From a virus, in IMG/VR virus record IMGVR_UViG_3300025896_000028: 64,000 nucleotides of DNA. One strand, written 5' to 3'. The notes below the pieces were generated by a model. It was not told the DNA's origin and made no database searches. It worked only from the letters and a program-made list of their open reading frames with translations. Below are positions 57,202 through 64,000 of the stretch, piece after piece. Both the position numbers and the translations under genes were made by a program. The number at the start of each line of letters is the position of its first letter. Position 1 is the first letter of the stretch.

Positions 57202-57472
57202 GTTAGTAGAAGAAGTAAAAGTCAAAACAGAAAAATTAACAATTGAAGAATTTGTTGATTTGATGATTAAGTATAAACCTACGGGAATATTCAATACTTA
57301 CTATTCAAGCAAGTCACCATGTTGGCATATCACAGAATATATCCATGACTTCACCATTATGTATTACGCACATTCTTATGCTGATAAAACACCTAGAATG
57401 ATTAATCTGGATGATTTCTATCGCATGATATCGTATCAAGGTCTTGACCAATGTCATTTTGTTACAGATTAA
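57182..57472 (+). CDS. hypothetical protein
   Basis: ORF in operon context; no recognisable motif. Confidence 0.4.
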   Translation: MEIKLYRLVEEVKVKTEKLTIEEFVDLMIKYKPTGIFNTYYSSKSPCWHITEYIHDFTIMYYAHSYADKTPRMINLDDFYRMISYQGLDQCHFVTD

Positions 57473-57511
57473 TTAGGATATTAAAAAAACTTTATGTACC
57501 TTTGTACTATG

Positions 57512-58183
57512 AAAAACATATTCACATTACCGACACCAAATCCTAGTGAACTTTATAAGAATATAAATGGTGAATTGGGTTACACGAAAAATTTTTTTAT
57601 CCAAAACGATGGGTTTAATGATAATCAGCAAATCTATATCACCAACGATGAAGTAATAAAAACTGGTGACTGGTGTATGTCTTTATGTGATGATGAATCA
57701 TTTGAAGAAATATACAAGTGTGAAGATGTTGATTTGGTTGATGAAGAAGATAAAAAAATTATCTTTACCAAAGACCCAATTCTTATCAAAGATGGTGTAG
57801 AAACTATTCCAGATAATTTCATTGAATGGTTCCTTCAAAATCAAACTTGTGAAAGTATTGAAGTGAAAAAAAATTGTTGTGGAGAATGTGATGAACGTCT
57901 TTGTGAAATACATGATTTGCAACGAGAAGAAACTAAGTATAATACTTTTTATAAACTGATAATTCCTAAACACGAAACACTAAGTGAGAAATTAGATAAG
58001 ATAGTTTCGAAAGAACCAAGCAAGTTTTGGGCAGAAAGTGATGAAAGAATTAAAAGTAAAGAAATCACCTATACAGCAGATGAAGTTCTAGGATTTTTAC
58101 ATGATTATGAAGCCTTTAAATTTAATAGTTCCGTTCCAGTTAACATTGATGTTTGGTTTCATAAGAATAAAAAAAGAAAATAA
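57512..58183 (+). CDS. hypothetical protein
   Basis: ATG (MKNIFTLP) directly after tacctttgtact; track start 57494 lies within the promoter. Confidence 0.5.
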   Translation, partial: KNIFTLPTPNPSELYKNINGELGYTKNFFIQNDGFNDNQQIYITNDEVIKTGDWCMSLCDDESFEEIYKCEDVDLVDEEDKKIIFTKDPILIKDGVETIPDNFIEWFLQNQTCESIEVKKNCCGECDERLCEIHDLQREETKYNTFYKLIIPKHETLSEKLDKIVSKEPSKFWAESDERIKSKEITYTADEVLGFLHDYEAFKFNSSVPVNIDVWFHKNKKRK

Positions 58184-58219
58184 TTAGGATATCCCAAAAA
58201 TTTTACATACCTTTGTACT

Positions 58220-59119
58220 ATGAAAAACATACACCTAACAATAACACAAGAAAAAGCTTACCTTACCGTCATGAATGGTAGGGTTCGTTTTGATTATACA
58301 CCAATATTCGGTGAACCATCAATTAGAATGGATGCAGTGGATATGCACATCACAATCAATGAAGAACCAAAGCTTGATGAATGGGGAATCAATATTGATA
58401 ATAATGTCGTGTTTAAAGATAAAGGGTTTACATCTGATGAATACGGTAAACTATACTGCAAAAAAATCATTATGACCACCGACCAACAACTTATCAGAGC
58501 GGGTGTTCAAGAAATATCCATGGAAGTTCTGGAATGGTACGCCAAAAACCCAACACATGATTTTGTCAAGATTGAATCAGAAGTTAAATTTTACGATAAA
58601 CATGGTTTCTGTGTTAGTTTAATCTGTCAAGAAGGTGACTACGAAAAACTCATGTACTACATTGAGCTACCTAGTGAAAAAACATTAAGCATCAATAACT
58701 TTGTTAACGTGTTTAAGATACCTAAAAAGTATTTCGGTAGCAAAGAAGAACAAACCGACTGGAAACCATCAACAATAGCACATATGGAAGCTTGTGGTGT
58801 TGACCCAAATGATTTACCATATAACCCAAAAGGTAATTCAACTCACGAAGATAGACTTGCGAAAGCCTTGACCAAGTATGTAAGAGAAAAACATACACAA
58901 GAGGAATGTATCGGGTTTATCGATGGCTTCAATGAAAATGTAACGCTAGAGTTTAATCAAACTGAAAATACCAGTCAATGGTGCAAGGTTTTTGATGAAA
59001 TGAGAGCTTCACCTTACATTGATATGAAAGGTATGAGAGATTGTGATGTAACAGCTATTATTAGTTGGTTATCGTCTAACTATCATTTTCCAATTACAAA
59101 CAATAAACCTTACAGATAA
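58220..59119 (+). CDS. hypothetical protein
   Basis: ATG (MKNIHLTIT) directly after tacctttgtact. Confidence 0.5.
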   Translation: MKNIHLTITQEKAYLTVMNGRVRFDYTPIFGEPSIRMDAVDMHITINEEPKLDEWGINIDNNVVFKDKGFTSDEYGKLYCKKIIMTTDQQLIRAGVQEISMEVLEWYAKNPTHDFVKIESEVKFYDKHGFCVSLICQEGDYEKLMYYIELPSEKTLSINNFVNVFKIPKKYFGSKEEQTDWKPSTIAHMEACGVDPNDLPYNPKGNSTHEDRLAKALTKYVREKHTQEECIGFIDGFNENVTLEFNQTENTSQWCKVFDEMRASPYIDMKGMRDCDVTAIISWLSSNYHFPITNNKPYR

Positions 59120-59146
59120 AATTAAACAATTTAAAAAACAATAACT

Positions 59147-59335
59147 ATGCAAGAAGAATTAGAAGGATTATTGAACGAAATGGAATCAAAGATTGACCCA
59201 GAATTTGATTTTGAAGTGGAACACTGGGACAATGGAAACTTTGACGATAGCTATGAGTATGGCGTTGAAGTAGGTGAGGAATATGCTTACAGAGAAATCG
59301 TGGCGAAGCTAAAAGAAATCCTTAAAAAGAAATAA
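59147..59335 (+). CDS. hypothetical acidic protein
   Basis: ORF in operon context; no recognisable motif. Confidence 0.4.
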   Translation: MQEELEGLLNEMESKIDPEFDFEVEHWDNGNFDDSYEYGVEVGEEYAYREIVAKLKEILKKK

Positions 59336-59532
59336 GATGCCAGAAGTAGAACCTAAGTTTACACTAGAATTAACCAAAGCAGAAGCTTTAGGGTTAATGA
59401 GCTGTCTTGTTAGAACGTCAGCCAAAGGAACCGATTTGGACGTGGGTGAAATGATTGAAGATAAATTGGCAGAATTTCTAAATATTCTGTAATTTACTTG
59501 CTTTTTTGAAATAGTATTCGTACCTTTGTAGT

Positions 59533-59817
59533 ATGAAAATGACCTTAAAAGAATATCGAAAATTTGAAATGCGTAGACTAAGTGGTTTTATGCGATTCAT
59601 GGTGCGAATAAAATTGTTCAAACTTATCATAACCGACCAGAATGTTTGGAAAAACAATAATGATTATTATAGTGAAATTAGAATAAACATCTATAACCCA
59701 CTGACTTACATCATGTTGTTGTTTTATATACCATTGGCGTTTTTGATTAATGGTATAAACCCAGATTCATATCGAGATATCAAAAGGGAATTAAAAGAAC
59801 AATTTAAAAAGAAGTAA
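59533..59817 (+). CDS. small membrane protein
   Basis: tacctttgtagt ATG context. Confidence 0.4.
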   Translation: MKMTLKEYRKFEMRRLSGFMRFMVRIKLFKLIITDQNVWKNNNDYYSEIRINIYNPLTYIMLLFYIPLAFLINGINPDSYRDIKRELKEQFKKK

Positions 59818-60169
59818 TATGTTTCGACTACTACGAGTTTACCTAAAGGGTAAAAGAAATCTATTCAATAAATTATCACATAAAAGATATATGGAATTAC
59901 TTTCAAAAGCAAATAGTGTTTTTGATTGTTGCTACACCTTGAAGGAAATCCAATATCTTAGCAGTAAATACTAACTAATATGTGGAAAGAAGAAACACCA
60001 TTACAATTTTTAGCAAGTTGCATTTGGAATACCAGTGAAATTTTAAATATACCATTAGGTAGATTAGCACCAACTATATTTGGTTGGATGATAGGTGCGA
60101 AAAAAGAAAAGAAATAGTTTGGTAATCTGAAATATTATTCATACCTTTGTAATCTAATCATAAAGAAAC

Positions 60170-60559
60170 ATGAAATTAGCTATTAAACAATACGAGTACG
60201 AGAAGAAAGAAATCAACTCAAAAGAAATCGAACTTCCTACCGAAACTGCATATTACTTTGAAACAGGTGTAAGACGTTCTATTAGAATCGTTCCTAAGTT
60301 TACTACATGGAACAAAGAACATTACGATAAAGAAGAAGAACTATATGAGTTAAAAATTACTTGTGTGTATCTTTCTTCTGAATGTATCATTGAAAAGTTT
60401 ACTCTATATCCAAAAGACATTGAGAAAATATTCTATGCTGACAAACATAAACTGCTAGATTTCGTAAGAGCATTGGTTAACGATTGGTTTGATAATAGAA
60501 CCAAAGAAAAATTTGAAGCTGATTTGAACGAAGCCATAAGACAGCTTAAAGAAGAATAA
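60170..60559 (+). CDS. hypothetical protein
   Basis: Promoter motif at ~60142. Confidence 0.5.
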   Translation: MKLAIKQYEYEKKEINSKEIELPTETAYYFETGVRRSIRIVPKFTTWNKEHYDKEEELYELKITCVYLSSECIIEKFTLYPKDIEKIFYADKHKLLDFVRALVNDWFDNRTKEKFEADLNEAIRQLKEE

Positions 60560-60835
60560 ATGACAAGACAAGAATGTACATACCATTCTAATTTTGTACT
60601 GGCTTCCATTAAAGAATACTACAACGGAAAACTAGTCAAACACGAAACCTTTACCGACACAGGTGAAACAATGTATCTTTTTCGAGAAGAGGAGTATAGA
60701 GTTTTTTGGTACGAATATGTTTATGAGAATGGTGTGCTAGTATGGTTCTGGAACTCAGATGGGCATACGGTAACGTACAACGACAATGGTGTTATTAAAT
60801 CCATGTCGACCATAAAGCTGAAATCAGAAATTTAG
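60560..60835 (+). CDS. hypothetical protein, RQExTYY paralog family member 3
   Basis: MTRQECTYHSNF..IKEYYNGKL. Confidence 0.5.
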   Translation: MTRQECTYHSNFVLASIKEYYNGKLVKHETFTDTGETMYLFREEEYRVFWYEYVYENGVLVWFWNSDGHTVTYNDNGVIKSMSTIKLKSEI

Positions 60836-60916
60836 GAAAAGATTTGCATATGTGAAAAATAATACGTACCTTTGTATTATTAGAAACCGATTGCAAGGAC
60901 AAGTGCTAAATCTATT

Positions 60917-61345
60917 ATGAAACTTAAAGAAATTTTAAAAAACAACGTTTATTCTCATTTCGATGGAACTAACCCAACTCTTACTGGTTCGGGTCTTGAT
61001 GCCATGACACCATTTTTTAATGATATTGAAGAATTTAATGGTAAAATCATCGAAGTAATTCATACTTTAGATGATTTGGTAACAGTAAAAGGTGTTGAAA
61101 ACCTTAGTGAAAATGTAAAAATACAAACGCTATTTTTAATAAACGATGATGTTTTTATTCGATGCACATCTGATTCATTAAAAACACTTAATGAGAACAT
61201 AAAACAACAAAAATTGTATAGTGAGGAAGTTGTTGAGTTAGTTGCTCTTGAAATGGTTAGTTGGGCTATTGATAACATCGGTAATATTTCTGCTCAAAGT
61301 GGTAAAAAGTTTGATGAAGTATTAGGTAAATATAAAAACAAATAA
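60917..61345 (+). CDS. hypothetical protein
   Basis: tacctttgtatt motif upstream. Confidence 0.45.
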   Translation: MKLKEILKNNVYSHFDGTNPTLTGSGLDAMTPFFNDIEEFNGKIIEVIHTLDDLVTVKGVENLSENVKIQTLFLINDDVFIRCTSDSLKTLNENIKQQKLYSEEVVELVALEMVSWAIDNIGNISAQSGKKFDEVLGKYKNK

Positions 61346-61349
61346 GATT

Positions 61350-61757
61350 ATGAAAATCGAAAAACTAGAATCAAGAACAAAATGGCTATGCGAAGCCGAA
61401 GGTCACGAATACGTTAGAGAAGAAATCCAATGGGTTGATGGTGGAATAACAATAGGTTGGCATCTTAACGAAGATAGCACAGCAGATTACGAAGCACTAA
61501 CCGATGAACAATTGGAAACCTTATTCTGGCAAAATAATGTCAAAAAGAATAACCCAGTGTTCTATTCGTCAAACACCGACAAGTCATTTACCCCAACAGA
61601 AAAAGGTTGGTACATACAATACAGAACAGAATCGGGTGACGAAGGTGCTATCAAAGTTGATAGAGAGCCAACGTCTGATGAAGATGCACTACAATTGCTA
61701 AAAGAAATTGATGCTGATGAATTGTGGAATGTACATTACTACGCTCTGGTTGACTAA
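61350..61757 (+). CDS. hypothetical protein
   Basis: ORF in operon context; no recognisable motif. Confidence 0.45.
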   Translation: MKIEKLESRTKWLCEAEGHEYVREEIQWVDGGITIGWHLNEDSTADYEALTDEQLETLFWQNNVKKNNPVFYSSNTDKSFTPTEKGWYIQYRTESGDEGAIKVDREPTSDEDALQLLKEIDADELWNVHYYALVD

Positions 61758-61971
61758 ATGGTTAAACAGGAAGTAACATACTACCCAGATACATTTAGAA
61801 TCAAAGAATACAAAGAATATCATAACGATGTTTTAGTTGTTCACACCAAATATGATGAGAACAACAAAAAGGTTTATATATATCTAGCCTATGCTGATTT
61901 TCTATGGGAAACTAAAGAAAAAATATTGGTGTAGATTTGCATATATGAAATATTATATGTACCTTTGTACT

Positions 61972-62721
61972 ATGAAAAAAGATAAACTATACGGAGCAAT
62001 ACTTGGTGACCTCGTAGGACAACCCTACGAGTTTCCCATTATGGCAAACTTCCCACCAGAAGATACAATCAACCTACATAACCCAGATTCAGTATTTAGC
62101 GATGATACGCTAATGACACTGGCAACCGCCAAAGCAATCCTAGATAACCAATCATTCGAGGAAGCATACAAAGAAGTAGGTATGAGATACCAAGGCGACC
62201 ACTATGGCAAAGACTTCAAAGAATGGCTTAACTCACCAATGGGTACGATTAATAAATCTTGGGGCAACGGGTGTCTGATGAGAATAGCACCGTTTATGTA
62301 TCTATCAAACGCTTTGTTAACAACCAAAGAACTTATCGCTGAATCTTGCCTAACATCACACGTGAACGCTGAAAGCATTGTATATTCGTTGGAATTGGCT
62401 GAACTGTACTATACAAATCTTAATGAGTATGACTACTTTATTAAGTTTAAATTATTTCCATTTACAAAGTTTGAAGTGAAAGCCAAAGATACATTTAGAT
62501 TCTGTAAAAGTGCATTTATCTATCATTCAGATAAGAATACCCAAGATGCTATCAAAAATGTTGTTAGCTGTGGCGGTGATACAGATACCAACGCATCAAT
62601 AGTTGGTGAACTACTTAACTATCACCTTCAAGACCTAACACAAGCAGACATAGACTACGTAGAAAGTAAACTAGACCCTTATCTACTAGATATCCTTAAA
62701 CGATTTAATGAAAGATACTAA
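61972..62721 (+). CDS. ADP-ribosylglycohydrolase (ARH/DraG family)
   Basis: N-terminal LYGAILGDLVGQPYEF (GAxxGDxxGxPxE) and C-terminal SCGGDTDTNASIVGELL di-metal motifs. Start re-set to the ATG after tacctttgtact (track begins at 61891). Confidence 0.75.
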   Translation: MKKDKLYGAILGDLVGQPYEFPIMANFPPEDTINLHNPDSVFSDDTLMTLATAKAILDNQSFEEAYKEVGMRYQGDHYGKDFKEWLNSPMGTINKSWGNGCLMRIAPFMYLSNALLTTKELIAESCLTSHVNAESIVYSLELAELYYTNLNEYDYFIKFKLFPFTKFEVKAKDTFRFCKSAFIYHSDKNTQDAIKNVVSCGGDTDTNASIVGELLNYHLQDLTQADIDYVESKLDPYLLDILKRFNERY

Positions 62722-62993
62722 TGGAAGAAAAACCAATATACAGACTAGTAAAATCCTATAACGGACACTGGGGACTTAGATGGAACGGTAACCCAGACTA
62801 CGACTTCATGCCAAAGCAAGTTACCAGAGATAACCAAAAAGCCTACAATGCCAGAAGTGGTGACGCTTGTAATAGTATTAGAGTACCATCATTGAAACGT
62901 TCCGATAAGGTATGGAGAAATTTCTATAACCTATTTCCAAGTATCAAAGGACAGAAAACCTATAGAGGTTGTAAACTAAAAACAATAAAATAA
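62721..62993 (+). CDS. hypothetical protein, translationally coupled to the ARH gene
   Basis: TAATG overlap with the ARH stop codon. Confidence 0.45.
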   Translation: MEEKPIYRLVKSYNGHWGLRWNGNPDYDFMPKQVTRDNQKAYNARSGDACNSIRVPSLKRSDKVWRNFYNLFPSIKGQKTYRGCKLKTIK

Positions 62994-62994
62994 T

Positions 62995-63915
62995 ATGTCA
63001 GTTGAAAGCAATATATTACATATCGATTTTAAAATCGATATTAGTGGTGGATATTCAAATCCAATACCAGAAGTCTATATGTTTAAATACCGTTATAAAA
63101 CCTATACCTTTGAAGTAACATTGCCAATGTATAACAACGGTACACCATGGACAGATATCTTTAGCAGTGCAATCTCAAAGATAATTGAATTGGAAAATTT
63201 AACAATAAGCAAAGATTCTAGTTGGGGTGGTAGTGTATATTCAACAACTGATACTTATAGACTAGAAAAAAGAGAAAACTTAAACGATGATGAAGTTGCT
63301 GAAATAATAGGACATGGTGGTTTTAGTAGAACCTATTATGTTATCCATAAGTTAAATGATATTGACCATAAATCAATATTGAATGGTGTTACCTATGATG
63401 AAGATGATAACTGGGTAGATACAGAAAACTTGAAGGCTCTATATGATGCTGTTGAAAACTATAACAATCCTAAAACAATACTCGCTAATAAATTAGAAAT
63501 ATTAAAAAGCAAGTTCATTGATAGTATTGAACCAATATTCAAAGAATATACTGATAAGTTCCAATTGGAATTTGATGAATACTTGTTAATTATAGGTGCT
63601 TATAAATCTGGCGATATTGTTAAAACAATTTTTAATGAATTTTATGTTATTAGTGATATTAATAATGAAAATATTATTGGTAACTGTAAACTTACACTTA
63701 ATCATATCTTTCCAAAAAATTATGTTGAATTTCAAAACGATAGAGATATAAAACCCAAGGATATTAATGACCCATATTACTATGGTTATAGAGTGAATAA
63801 AAGTGGTGCAGTATCTATTAAAAAAACCAACGTATATGGTATCAACACTAAACTTGGTGAAATCAAAGACTTTAAAAAACCATCAGAGTTAAAAAAATTA
63901 ATGAACGATAATTAG
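62995..63915 (+). CDS. hypothetical protein
   Basis: Coupled start after the upstream stop. Confidence 0.5.
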   Translation: MSVESNILHIDFKIDISGGYSNPIPEVYMFKYRYKTYTFEVTLPMYNNGTPWTDIFSSAISKIIELENLTISKDSSWGGSVYSTTDTYRLEKRENLNDDEVAEIIGHGGFSRTYYVIHKLNDIDHKSILNGVTYDEDDNWVDTENLKALYDAVENYNNPKTILANKLEILKSKFIDSIEPIFKEYTDKFQLEFDEYLLIIGAYKSGDIVKTIFNEFYVISDINNENIIGNCKLTLNHIFPKNYVEFQNDRDIKPKDINDPYYYGYRVNKSGAVSIKKTNVYGINTKLGEIKDFKKPSELKKLMNDN

Positions 63916-64000
63916 GTTATTCCAATAACTTTGCGTACCTTTGTAAAAAAGAAATCAGTATGAGAAACATTCACGAAAACTACGTACCATATTCAGAATC

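Noticed and set aside
1-64000. CRISPR arrays, integrase/attP, transposases
   Set aside because: No regularly spaced direct repeats and no tyrosine or serine recombinase motifs. The only mobile-element-like gene is the HNH endonuclease.

Overview
Coordinates are 1-based; features located by hand (RNAs, promoters, terminators) are approximate to about +/-2 nt, and CDS coordinates follow the supplied ORF track. The window is almost certainly a contiguous piece of a large, AT-rich, virulent-type phage genome whose host is a member of Bacteroidota. The host inference rests on more than 35 copies of the Bacteroidota sigma-A promoter core TTTG-N19-21-TAccTTTG placed directly upstream of ORFs. Nearly all genes are on the + strand. 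Four things stand out. (1) The left end holds an NAD+/ADP-ribose metabolism island: a 5'-truncated NAMPT-like protein, NADAR, macro, an ATP-grasp, a zinc-less Sir2 (SirTM-like) and a Prs-like enzyme, with an ADP-ribosylglycohydrolase far downstream. (2) The 9.3-21.3 kb stretch is an RNA-repair and translation island: a Thg1-like 3'-5' polymerase, a large metallophosphoesterase, HAD phosphatases, a CsaA-like tRNA-binding protein, NUDIX, Smr, GIY-YIG, an AAA ATPase, IF3 and RNase R. SmpB and a sigma-70-family sigma factor lie further right. (3) A ~2.5 kb region with almost no ORFs and raised GC (28.77-31.26 kb) is packed with tRNA-like elements, several of which are non-canonical in length or anticodon arm. 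(4) From 38.6 to 64 kb there is an array of small genes of unknown function, each driven by its own copy of a highly conserved promoter and leader. No CRISPR array, integrase or tmRNA was recognised.
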